This document shows positions 36,778 through 46,110 of a stretch of 64,000 nucleotides of DNA, piece after piece. The stretch covers positions 32,001-96,000 of the IMG/VR virus record IMGVR_UViG_3300014720_000003; one strand, given 5' to 3'. This DNA comes from a virus. The first letter of the stretch is position 1, and the number at the start of each line of letters is the position of its first letter. The translations under genes were made by a program, and so were the position numbers. The notes beneath the pieces are model-generated. The model saw only the letters and a program-made list of their open reading frames with translations. It was not told the DNA's origin and made no database searches.

Positions 36778-38484
36778 ATGGCAGATATTATCAACGCACC
36801 AATTAAGTTTTTAGGCGCTACAGTTTTATCAACTAGTACTAGTATAGGTTACGGATCATCCAGTGAGAGCACCCTATCTGTAGAACTAGTAGAAGACTGT
36901 GATGCTAATGATCAATTTTTACCATCAGAAGTTGGTGCTCCTATTTATTTTAACTGTGGATCGTTTATATTTGGAGGTATTCTAACAGGATGGACTGAAA
37001 ATATTAGTCAATCTGGTAAAACTTTTAGTGTTAGAGCATCAGACCCTAGGCAATTATTAGATAATTTTACAATATTGGTGGATACTCAGATAGGTGCGGG
37101 AGTAGGAGAAAATAATGTATTTGATATCTGGGGTTATTGGGATAGTACAACACAAGCAGATTCCGACCAAGGTACTATTGCCACAAGAAAAGTTGGTAAT
37201 GAGTGCGATGATTATCCACAGTTTAATGTGCAAAAAGACAATATTAATGATCCAAAAAAGGGTCAATTCGGTAGAGCACAAAGCAGTGAAAGAGGTATGA
37301 AATACCGTCAAATAATAGATGCTTTAGAATGTAAAAATCCTTCTGTGTATAGTAACACTGGTTATGAATACAGTGTTGATTTCACAACCTTTCCCGCCAA
37401 AGCTCTAGTTCCTGATTTTTATAGAATACAAGGACCTACCACACTACTACAACTATTACAAAACATATGTGATATTTTAGGTCAAGAATTTTATGTTTAT
37501 TTAGAAGAAGTAGGCGTAAAACATACTATAAAAATAGGTCTTATTGATTTAACGCAAGAGCCAGGAACATTTAATGGCATAGTTACCCAATTCAAGGGTT
37601 GCGCTACAGACTTATCTTATGGTCAAGAATTGCGTCACGATAAAATTAAAACTGCAATATTTGGAGAAAATTATCATACAAACGAAGAATATCAAGATTG
37701 TTATTTTTATTTTGGTGCTGAACTTTATGAAACAGCTCCAAATGCAAATCAAATACTGAGACACATAGTACCACAAAAAGCTGGAGATGATGGATGTGGA
37801 TTTTGGATATTTAAAAGTATAACAGAACTTAATGCAACACTTCATAAACCTATCGCCCCATTAGCTGGTGGACAAAAAAATGGACCATATTCTATAAGCG
37901 AACTAGACCTAAGAGCTGCTATGAGTGGATTTAAAGTTTGGAAAAATAGAACTTTTTCAAAAGATATTCCAGGTAGTTTTAATAGAGCAGTTAGAAATAC
38001 ATATCCTATTTATGAAGATAGTGTGAGAGATACTATTAATGGTTTAGAGGGGGCAGCAACCGCAGCCACAGTAGGTAGAGCACTCCCAGACGCTGCTGTA
38101 CAGCCAACTAAATCAGATCAAAATATTACCCGTTTCAATGAAGAAACACAAGATGTAGAAAAGGTTTATGCCTGGATCAAACAGCTTGCTGATACTTATT
38201 ATGGTCGTCAGTTTTTAGTACCAATGAAAAATATTAGTTATTATTTAGAAGATGACAATGTTACCACTATGCCAAATCCAGAGCAGTCACAATTTATGTT
38301 TACTAAAGTTCCCACCAATGCTGGTGGTTGGACCGATCCTATTAATGGTAAAGTCACTGTGCTAGGACTAAGCGATCCAGCATTACAGTTTTTTAAGCAA
38401 GATGATGGGAGGGTTAGTAGTTTTGCTTCATTTCCTATAGAAATAAATAAAGAAACTGGTTGTAACGATAGTTTAGCAAATTAA
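36778..38484 (+). CDS. baseplate hub/tail-tip protein (putative)
   Basis: Gene order; F.FGGIL..W......G..FSV.A.DPR hub-like N-terminus. Confidence 0.55.
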   Translation: MADIINAPIKFLGATVLSTSTSIGYGSSSESTLSVELVEDCDANDQFLPSEVGAPIYFNCGSFIFGGILTGWTENISQSGKTFSVRASDPRQLLDNFTILVDTQIGAGVGENNVFDIWGYWDSTTQADSDQGTIATRKVGNECDDYPQFNVQKDNINDPKKGQFGRAQSSERGMKYRQIIDALECKNPSVYSNTGYEYSVDFTTFPAKALVPDFYRIQGPTTLLQLLQNICDILGQEFYVYLEEVGVKHTIKIGLIDLTQEPGTFNGIVTQFKGCATDLSYGQELRHDKIKTAIFGENYHTNEEYQDCYFYFGAELYETAPNANQILRHIVPQKAGDDGCGFWIFKSITELNATLHKPIAPLAGGQKNGPYSISELDLRAAMSGFKVWKNRTFSKDIPGSFNRAVRNTYPIYEDSVRDTINGLEGAATAATVGRALPDAAVQPTKSDQNITRFNEETQDVEKVYAWIKQLADTYYGRQFLVPMKNISYYLEDDNVTTMPNPEQSQFMFTKVPTNAGGWTDPINGKVTVLGLSDPALQFFKQDDGRVSSFASFPIEINKETGCNDSLAN

Positions 38485-38497
38485 ATGGAGATATATA

Positions 38498-40840
38498 ATG
38501 CCAGCAGATAGAAATTGTGGAAAAATTGATCTTACAAAAATATCTTCTGATGAACTAATAACAGATGTTACATTTAATGGAGATACCACTTCTGGTACTG
38601 CATATATTAGGTGCGAAGTTGATGAAAATTTAGTAGTTGTATTACCAGGTAGAAGCGGAGATGTTCCTGCTGGTGTTTATGCTGTAATTAAATTTAATGA
38701 GGGATGTTTTGCCGATCTTTGTAAAGACTCTGCTGATTATAATCCAGCATTATCATTATTATCAAACTTACTAGATACCGCAGCTAAGTCGGAGGACGGT
38801 AGTATACCTACTCCAGAAACAGCACCAAATTTAATTAAGAATGCCAATAATAACCCTCCAACTAATTCTAGAACCAGCGATAGCAGTTGCGCTGAAAAAA
38901 GATCAACACCACCCAGCATTTGTGGAATAAATCCTGAAAGATTATTGGCAGCAACAAAAAGTGTTGATTCAGCAGAAACCAATATTCATGGTTTTCAACC
39001 AGCAGCAATTTTTCCTAATAAATTTAATATTCCATTAAAAGATAATACTGAAAGATATGGTCCGTATAAAAGTAATAATTTTGATAATATCAAAGGTGCT
39101 GCTGATATAATTATTAATACTGATTTATCACCCTGGAATTTTGGTAGTTTCGATAAAATGGGTCAGGCTGGTAATCAACTAGTAAGCAATCTTGCTACAG
39201 GATTACGCAAAGCGGAAACAGGGTCAGTAACAGTTCCAGGATTGCCAACACTAGCCAGACTAGGAGCTGCTATAAACAACGGACCACTACTAAGTAATGT
39301 TAGTATTAGTTTTGGTTCTTCGGGTATTACTACCACCTATGAGTTTAGAACTTTTAATCCCAAAGCTGGTGGATTAGCTCGTATGGGTGTTGAGAGATTC
39401 AAAGAATTAAGAGAAGCTAGACAACAACAACTGAGATTACTAAAAAGCGATCAAATTAATCAATATCGTATTAATCAAAAACTAAATAGAATTCGTAATC
39501 AACACAATATGGATGCTTTAAGACATGCTCGTGTTAATCAACAAGCATCATTACAACGAGTTTTGGTTGGAGAAATCTATAATTTTTCCTTGGAAACACA
39601 GGATGTAAACCAATTAGGACAAAGAACAGTTGTTGGCATATCAACTCTAGCAAAATCTGTTGCTGAGATGACTTATGACTATGAGAGAAAAGCATATATG
39701 AGTTTGGATGGCTTATTTGGACCCATTTCCAAAAATGGTGGTGGTACTGATAGTGGTGGTAATTTTCGTTTACCTCAATATGCTGGCTATGGGGATGATA
39801 GTTATATAACTAGTTCTCATAAAGCTTCTCCCATATCTCCTCAGCCCCCATTTATAAAAAACGGTGGATGTAGTGATACAAATTTAACGTATACTGTATA
39901 TAATTTAGATTTAAGCCAAAATTATTTTGATCCTTTAACTAATAAGTTTGAAACTCATACTTATCATTATGGTGCTGGTGCTGGTCACGTTGTTGATTTA
40001 TTGGGAAGACAAGAAGAAGTATATACAGAAGGACTTATTACTAATTTATTTAAAACAACTGATAATAAAAGATATAGTGAGGATTATCGATTCTTAGCTC
40101 TTAGAGGTCCTCTAATGCTTCATAGTTGGGGCTATGATCTGGATGGTAAACCAATTCCTAATGAAGCTGATACTGTCGAAGAGACTAAAATGGGTAACTT
40201 TAAGGTTGACCATCTTAAAGATCGTTTTATGAAAGACTGGTTACAAAAACCATTTTCTTGGCCAGCAGCACCAGTGGATCTAAGATTTGATCGTAAGCGT
40301 GGAGTATGGGTAAGCCCACAACCTTATAAGATTATTGTTGCTAAAATCGTTAAAGAGGTTCCTGCTTTCGGCCAAGGTTTAGGTGTGTTAGTAAATTATG
40401 GTAATAAACTATATGATGCTGATGGTAATGAAATAAATGCTGGTCCTGGCACAGAAAATAATGCGTGCTGTGAAACTCTAGCACCAAGTGGAACATGTTT
40501 TGGTAATTGGATAGATGTAGTAACAAATGTTTGCTTAACGCCATCAGGACTGGTTGTTAAAAAAGTCAAGGTTAGAGTATTAGATGCCGAGTATGATGAC
40601 TGCTGTACTGATATAATACCAACCGAATCATGTAGCAGTAGTACGGGCGGAAATTCAAATTGTGATTGTTTTACTGTAGATTGTTCATCTTCGTCATCAT
40701 CATCGTCCAGTTGCACAGAATCTACTGATATGAATCTAATAGAAATTGTGGATCGTATAGGACATAGACACAAAGCTGGATGTTATGTTTATGCTTATTA
40801 TGATACCACAACAGCTAAATATATAGTATTACAGAACTAA
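38498..40840 (+). CDS. tail-tip/central spike protein (putative), Cys/Ser-rich C-terminus
   Basis: GGAG RBS; last gene of the structural module. Confidence 0.5.
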   Translation: MPADRNCGKIDLTKISSDELITDVTFNGDTTSGTAYIRCEVDENLVVVLPGRSGDVPAGVYAVIKFNEGCFADLCKDSADYNPALSLLSNLLDTAAKSEDGSIPTPETAPNLIKNANNNPPTNSRTSDSSCAEKRSTPPSICGINPERLLAATKSVDSAETNIHGFQPAAIFPNKFNIPLKDNTERYGPYKSNNFDNIKGAADIIINTDLSPWNFGSFDKMGQAGNQLVSNLATGLRKAETGSVTVPGLPTLARLGAAINNGPLLSNVSISFGSSGITTTYEFRTFNPKAGGLARMGVERFKELREARQQQLRLLKSDQINQYRINQKLNRIRNQHNMDALRHARVNQQASLQRVLVGEIYNFSLETQDVNQLGQRTVVGISTLAKSVAEMTYDYERKAYMSLDGLFGPISKNGGGTDSGGNFRLPQYAGYGDDSYITSSHKASPISPQPPFIKNGGCSDTNLTYTVYNLDLSQNYFDPLTNKFETHTYHYGAGAGHVVDLLGRQEEVYTEGLITNLFKTTDNKRYSEDYRFLALRGPLMLHSWGYDLDGKPIPNEADTVEETKMGNFKVDHLKDRFMKDWLQKPFSWPAAPVDLRFDRKRGVWVSPQPYKIIVAKIVKEVPAFGQGLGVLVNYGNKLYDADGNEINAGPGTENNACCETLAPSGTCFGNWIDVVTNVCLTPSGLVVKKVKVRVLDAEYDDCCTDIIPTESCSSSTGGNSNCDCFTVDCSSSSSSSSSCTESTDMNLIEIVDRIGHRHKAGCYVYAYYDTTTAKYIVLQN

Positions 40841-41869
40841 TCAGAGATTGCTCAGTTCCCAACTATTGAAAATATTTTCCCAACACTTGGAACTATTTTC
40901 TTTTCCCCATTGTTGGTCTATCTTATTTCTAGCATTAATTCTCAACTCTTGAGTTTCTGTACTTTCGAAAGCTGATCTTGATGCCTTATAAACAAATTCA
41001 CGATGATCGGCGCATAACCAACCTGTTTTACCATCATCCACTAAAACTTCCCATCCTCCTTTTTTATCAACAATTAATAGTGAACCAGAACTCATCGCCT
41101 CAAAACCTACTCGTGGTAAGTTCTCAAATGTATCTGTGGTCATAATAATAACATCACAAAATGCATATAATTCTTGTTGCGTTATTTGTCCTTCATGTAG
41201 ACCCAGGATATATGAAGGTAATTTACCTAATTTTTTTTCTGCTCTTTGATCCCAACCTAATATCATACCTCTTTTTAATATGGGAGAGGTCATAGTTTCA
41301 TAGATCCACAATTGTAAACCACCATATTTGTCAGCATCACCTCTAGAGATTCTACCAAAATTGAATGTTTCTGAGGTTTTTCTTTCGACAAACGGAAATG
41401 GATCGGTGTCGAAATACGGATTAAAAAATAATGGTCTATATGGTTTACCAGTCTCTATTAATCTAGGACTCACTCTATTATATTGGTGCTTGGTTTGATA
41501 TAGGTGAAAGTCTAACAGTCCTCTGCTTTGAGCCTCTATTTCTTTTGGAAAATTCCATGTCATGCAATTTACAAACGTGGTACTTTTAGCGTACTTTTTT
41601 ATTTCTTCTATATTTTTTAGGAATTCACCGTTACAAAAAGATATAGTATGAAAACCAGCACAATCCCTCCATGATCTGCTATCAATATATTTACATCCAA
41701 TATCTAGCATGGATTTTTTCATTTTATTCAAATTATCATCAAACCCACCCGTATGACAAATATATACATCGATGCCCATCTCTCTCCATAATCTTATCTG
41801 ATGATCCAACTCAGTATCCGCCCCACCTAATCTGGACGGATGTCCTATAACACACAATTCCTTGATCAT
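40841..41869 (-). CDS. GT-B (GT4-like) glycosyltransferase
   Basis: GGA N-terminal loop; ENLPRVGFEAMSSG (Ex7E); EVLVDDGKTGWL. Confidence 0.85.
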   Translation of the reverse strand: MIKELCVIGHPSRLGGADTELDHQIRLWREMGIDVYICHTGGFDDNLNKMKKSMLDIGCKYIDSRSWRDCAGFHTISFCNGEFLKNIEEIKKYAKSTTFVNCMTWNFPKEIEAQSRGLLDFHLYQTKHQYNRVSPRLIETGKPYRPLFFNPYFDTDPFPFVERKTSETFNFGRISRGDADKYGGLQLWIYETMTSPILKRGMILGWDQRAEKKLGKLPSYILGLHEGQITQQELYAFCDVIIMTTDTFENLPRVGFEAMSSGSLLIVDKKGGWEVLVDDGKTGWLCADHREFVYKASRSAFESTETQELRINARNKIDQQWGKENSSKCWENIFNSWELSNL

Positions 41870-42039
41870 ACCTTTTTCCTACATACCCATACCACAGATG
41901 TGGCAAAGTCTTTCATAGATTCTAGTAATCTAATGAAATTATTTATATAATATTCAAACGATCTTTTCCATCCATCTGACAGATCATCTCTATCAAGATC
42001 CCGTATTCCTGTTACAAAAGATATTTGAGTATTTATCAT
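41866..42039 (-). pseudogene. 57-aa fragment resembling an HtrL/YibB-like protein N-terminus
   Basis: Hand-translated SFVTGIRDLDRDDLSDGWKRSFEYYINNFIRLL; far shorter than full-length family members. Confidence 0.45.
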
Positions 42040-42040
42040 T

Positions 42041-42496
42041 TTAACAAAAACTCCCCGCAGTAATATCTATAACTTGACATGTTCCAAGGGTTACGTGCCA
42101 TGAGACTATGGTATAATCACAATAGTCCCCAGCACCTTGACAATCACAATCGGGAAAATTACTTAGTAAAAAAGTTACCATTACTCTACAGGACTGCGGA
42201 TAGCAGTTCTCAAAATACAAATCATATTCTGCCTCATAAAGACAAGGATTATTCGATATATTAAGTCTGTTTAGATAAGATCCATTTAAATAATTAACTA
42301 AGCTGTTGCTCATACATTTTGAGCACACTATATTGTTATTCAGTGTGAAGGTCAGCTCTTGTGTGTTACCTCCCCACGGCACATACTGAGGACAATCACA
42401 GCCGCCGCCGCCCTCTCCGCAACAACACGAAAGGTCACTAGCTAATTTACCATTTACGGTTAATAGTTTACCATTATATGAGATTAGTGGAGCCAC
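42041..42496 (-). CDS. Cys-rich hypothetical protein
   Basis: GTG start coupled to the upstream stop; NGKLLTVNGKLASDLSCCC motif. Confidence 0.6.
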   Translation of the reverse strand: MAPLISYNGKLLTVNGKLASDLSCCCGEGGGGCDCPQYVPWGGNTQELTFTLNNNIVCSKCMSNSLVNYLNGSYLNRLNISNNPCLYEAEYDLYFENCYPQSCRVMVTFLLSNFPDCDCQGAGDYCDYTIVSWHVTLGTCQVIDITAGSFC

Positions 42497-42822
42497 TATT
42501 TATCCTTTTCTTTACTCCATTTATGCCATCCTTTATTGGGCAAATAGTTTCCTTCATCATCTTTGCGTTTTGGAAATAATGTTCCACCTTTTTTATGTTG
42601 ACCAAAAGCCAGTATTGCTCCACAATCACCACACCTTAATTCATAGTAATCGTTGCCTTCAACATTTCTTACTATAAACTTTAGATTGGTACTACCACAT
42701 AATCCGCACTTTTCTTCTCCAAAGATTTCTTGTATAATAGCCAGTTCTTTGAAGATTTCTTTTTGACCTGATCCTTCAACCTCGAACTCTAATCTATCAC
42801 TGACCTTATACTTAACTTTCAT
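42496..42822 (-). CDS. zinc-ribbon hypothetical protein
   Basis: CGLC...CGDC; AGGTG RBS. Confidence 0.7.
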   Translation of the reverse strand: MKVKYKVSDRLEFEVEGSGQKEIFKELAIIQEIFGEEKCGLCGSTNLKFIVRNVEGNDYYELRCGDCGAILAFGQHKKGGTLFPKRKDDEGNYLPNKGWHKWSKEKDK

Positions 42823-42829
42823 AAATCAC

Positions 42830-43567
42830 CTATTTCCAGTTATTATCATACCCAAGTATATTATCCGGTATGGAGTTTGTTTGTTGGTAACTAGATAACG
42901 ATGTTACAATTTTTACAGCATCGTCATGCGATATATGATAGATATTTTTGGAGTCTATAGCAAGAGATTCTAGTAATTTAGTCACATTAATATTAATACG
43001 TTTAGCTAATACGTCTATAAAATTAATCTGATTATTCGTGATCTTGTCCACAGTATTATGATCAGGATGATCCTCAATATCTTTGGCCAATTCTTCAGCG
43101 GCCACAACTTTTCGTAGTTTTAGTGCTCGTCTTAATGCTCGTCCTTCTGCTCTTGTTTCTGCCACAGCAACCGGGTGGTTGCGATAAACCTTGTCACAAT
43201 TACCCCAATAAACGTCCGCAGCGCCACTAACAGAGCGATGATTTAAATTATGGTCCTTGGACTCATCCCTATTTAAATAGTAGCTCAGTTTGTGAACAAC
43301 TGTGGCTCTTTTTTCGTTATCTGGAGATGGACTCTGAACCACCTCTGAATTAGAATCCAGAATTGTACAGTTAAGGGCTATCTCAAAAATTCTTCGTAAT
43401 CCATCTGTTGTTGGATTGCCCATTATTTTTTCATCTTCTGATAGTAAACTCAGCACATAGTCTGTCCACTCTAAATCATTGGGTGTGAGATTAGCATTTG
43501 TAATTTCAACACTCACAGTAGCATTGATAGTTTCTGTCGTGGTTTCCTTTTTTGATCTAGCCATCAT
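42830..43567 (-). CDS. putative single-strand annealing protein (Rad52/Sak-like)
   Basis: AETRAEGRALRRAL helix and C-terminal IT.NQI..I helical domain. Confidence 0.45.
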   Translation of the reverse strand: MMARSKKETTTETINATVSVEITNANLTPNDLEWTDYVLSLLSEDEKIMGNPTTDGLRRIFEIALNCTILDSNSEVVQSPSPDNEKRATVVHKLSYYLNRDESKDHNLNHRSVSGAADVYWGNCDKVYRNHPVAVAETRAEGRALRRALKLRKVVAAEELAKDIEDHPDHNTVDKITNNQINFIDVLAKRININVTKLLESLAIDSKNIYHISHDDAVKIVTSLSSYQQTNSIPDNILGYDNNWK

Positions 43568-44355
43568 TCGTCTCCTAGATTAATAATTTTACTATTGGGC
43601 ATGTTTTTTCCTTTGATACTATCTAATATCTCTAGTAATTGGTTAAATATAATAAGTCCTCTTGATGGAGAAAAGTCTTTTGTTTGTTTGATTCTGATTA
43701 AATATAGACCTTTACCTAGAATTAATCCTGTTTTTTTATCATCATACTTTTTATTACGTTTTAGAGCATCATCGCCCCACACTGGTTCAAAATGCGATGG
43801 ACCATCAACTTCAATGGCCGCATTTAGTTTAGGTAGAAACAGATCAATTTGCAACTTTGTATTTAGTATGCTTTGCTCTTTGTGGAATTCAACAGAAAAT
43901 CCCTTTGATAATAACTTAGTATGTAAAAATTTTTCTAATTTGGATCCTGTTTTGCTACTTTGTCTCACAGCATCATTAGCTTGTTTTAACATATACTGTT
44001 TTTCATCATCGCTTTTCTTTTCCCAATTCAAACGAGCTTTAGTTTTTCTGTCTTTAATTTCTTTATCATCCATTCCCTCCCAAACCTGTAAAACAGATAA
44101 TCCTATCTTGGATTTGGTTTCATTAGATCTTTGTTTGCCTTGTGTCGGATGCTGAGTTTTACCCAAAGCCAAAGCATTCTTTTGTGCTTCGCTTTTATTA
44201 CGAATCTTAATCTTATATTTTATAGCATCTCTGCGTAATTTATTAGCATAAGTCCCGCATTCACTAGCTATATCTTGAAAACTTTTATTATTTTTTTCGT
44301 ATTCTTTTATTAAGAAGTTTTTTTTGTCATTATCAGATAGCTTATCATATTTCAT
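43564..44355 (-). CDS. DUF559/Vsr-like endonuclease with NUMOD3-like segment (homing endonuclease-like)
   Basis: GKQRSNETKSKIG; SKLE...IDLF....AIEVDGPSH...D..K......G..LIRI. Confidence 0.7.
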   Translation of the reverse strand: MKYDKLSDNDKKNFLIKEYEKNNKSFQDIASECGTYANKLRRDAIKYKIKIRNKSEAQKNALALGKTQHPTQGKQRSNETKSKIGLSVLQVWEGMDDKEIKDRKTKARLNWEKKSDDEKQYMLKQANDAVRQSSKTGSKLEKFLHTKLLSKGFSVEFHKEQSILNTKLQIDLFLPKLNAAIEVDGPSHFEPVWGDDALKRNKKYDDKKTGLILGKGLYLIRIKQTKDFSPSRGLIIFNQLLEILDSIKGKNMPNSKIINLGDE

Positions 44356-44714
44356 AGTTGAATCTCTTCTATCTTTGCGTTGTTATTAGTTAATAGTTTA
44401 TATTGATTCAATGTTTTTCTATCAAGTTTTTGTGAAACACAATCATTAATATCAACATACAGATATATATCTTTTGATAAGAGATTATCGTGTTGTATAA
44501 GATCTTGATAATTTAAAAAAACTATAGTGCCATCATAATTATGCATATAATAGTCTAGAAGAACAGCATATTTTTGATTTTCCCATCCGTCACTATTCGT
44601 AAATATATTGAAATCAATCAAACTATATTTTTGTGTAAAAAATACTTTAATTAATTCTATAATAGAAGCATTTTCGAGAAAACTATTAGTAAAAATAGAT
44701 ATTTTATGTTTCAT
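44352..44714 (-). CDS. hypothetical protein
   Basis: ATGA-coupled ORF. Confidence 0.65.
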   Translation of the reverse strand: MKHKISIFTNSFLENASIIELIKVFFTQKYSLIDFNIFTNSDGWENQKYAVLLDYYMHNYDGTIVFLNYQDLIQHDNLLSKDIYLYVDINDCVSQKLDRKTLNQYKLLTNNNAKIEEIQL

Positions 44715-45355
44715 ATTCTTTGATAGGTTGTTGGTTTAAGATTAATATTGAATGGTTTGACTATACAATTATTAGACACTGTAAGTTTATTAATTAGTTC
44801 AAAAATAAAATAGTTGTGTACGATATTGGTTTCTAATACTGTTTTCATATATGAGGCATGATCTTTAGACAAGTAATAGATGTCATATAGGTAATTATCT
44901 AAATCATAACTAATATTCTCAATAATTTTGTTGTTAATAATACAACCTAATTTATTCTTAGTGTGCTTATTAATAAAAATCTGAGTACCATCAGATGTAT
45001 CAAATTTATTAAATAGCCTAACACTCAAATTACTATCACCAAACAATATCAAACAATCACTATCTAAATAATCTTTAGCCAAATATAAACTATGAGCATA
45101 ATTATATTGATCATATTCAGAATTATAAATTAAATTGACGTTTTTTAATAAGTGATCATGCTTAGAGATAAAACTCAGAAATTTTTTATTATCAAATCCG
45201 TATACATATGCTATAGTGGGGTTGTCGAATACTGTATTAATAATTCCTAGCTGATTTTGTAAAATAGTTTGATGGTTGGAGGTTTTTAATAAACCCACAC
45301 ACCCTTTGGATTTCATTCGCTTTTGAAATTTATCTCCCAGTATAATAATATTCAT
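44711..45355 (-). CDS. NTP-transferase (LicC/GT-A)-like protein
   Basis: IIILG....RMKSKG...LLK; N..Y..YN..HSLYLA; LILFGD. Confidence 0.65.
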   Translation of the reverse strand: MNIIILGDKFQKRMKSKGCVGLLKTSNHQTILQNQLGIINTVFDNPTIAYVYGFDNKKFLSFISKHDHLLKNVNLIYNSEYDQYNYAHSLYLAKDYLDSDCLILFGDSNLSVRLFNKFDTSDGTQIFINKHTKNKLGCIINNKIIENISYDLDNYLYDIYYLSKDHASYMKTVLETNIVHNYFIFELINKLTVSNNCIVKPFNINLKPTTYQRI

Positions 45356-46110
45356 ACAAACATATATTTAGTATCATCATTTAGTAGATTGGTATTTTCT
45401 ATTTTCCTAACATATCGATATACTGATGCACTATATACTATACATGTCTTATTTTTATCTGAAACCACCATTATCTGTCCCATATCTTTATGTACAATCT
45501 CATTTGTTTTAATAATTGGATTGAGATTACTCACAGGACCACTTATCTGAACAATAAACCTAGATTTAATATTTGTGTATAGAATACTATTAATAATTGA
45601 CTCATCAGTAACATCTTCATCTAAAATACTCTGTATGCGCCAACCACAAGATATATTACATTCATCTATCAAACTATTCATCATACCAAAGGTATAAATT
45701 AATGATTGTGATTTACGACGTAAGAAAATGATTTTTTTTGGAGGACCGACCGTATTATCCATAAGGTTGGAGCATAAAGTTTTTAAGTCGGATGGGTTCT
45801 CAAATCCATGTAAACTAATAATCACAGTATAATGTAATCTATTTGTCTCTGTAAATTTAGTGATTTTATCATCCAAGCACGCATCCGCTAGACCAAATTG
45901 TTCAAACCATTTGTTTTCCCTATATCCAATACATTTTTTATTATTGATAATATAAAATTCTTTCTCATTATCATATGCTTCGATAATTTCAACATTATTC
46001 TGTCGTAATTTATTAATAAAATCTAATGAGCAGTTTGTTTGTGTATTTTCATCATATTTGGCGAATACACAATTTTTGCATGAAGTATGAATAGCGCTGA
46101 TGGTTGTCAT
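45352..46110 (-). CDS. hypothetical protein (N-terminal CxxC)
   Basis: ATGA-coupled ORF within the glycosyltransferase cluster. Confidence 0.65.
   Translation of the reverse strand: MTTISAIHTSCKNCVFAKYDENTQTNCSLDFINKLRQNNVEIIEAYDNEKEFYIINNKKCIGYRENKWFEQFGLADACLDDKITKFTETNRLHYTVIISLHGFENPSDLKTLCSNLMDNTVGPPKKIIFLRRKSQSLIYTFGMMNSLIDECNISCGWRIQSILDEDVTDESIINSILYTNIKSRFIVQISGPVSNLNPIIKTNEIVHKDMGQIMVVSDKNKTCIVYSASVYRYVRKIENTNLLNDDTKYMFV

Noticed and set aside
36778-40840. Frameshifted or pseudogenised single tail-tip gene
   Set aside because: The second ORF has its own GGAG RBS and ATG 13 nt after a clean stop, so two genes is the simpler reading.
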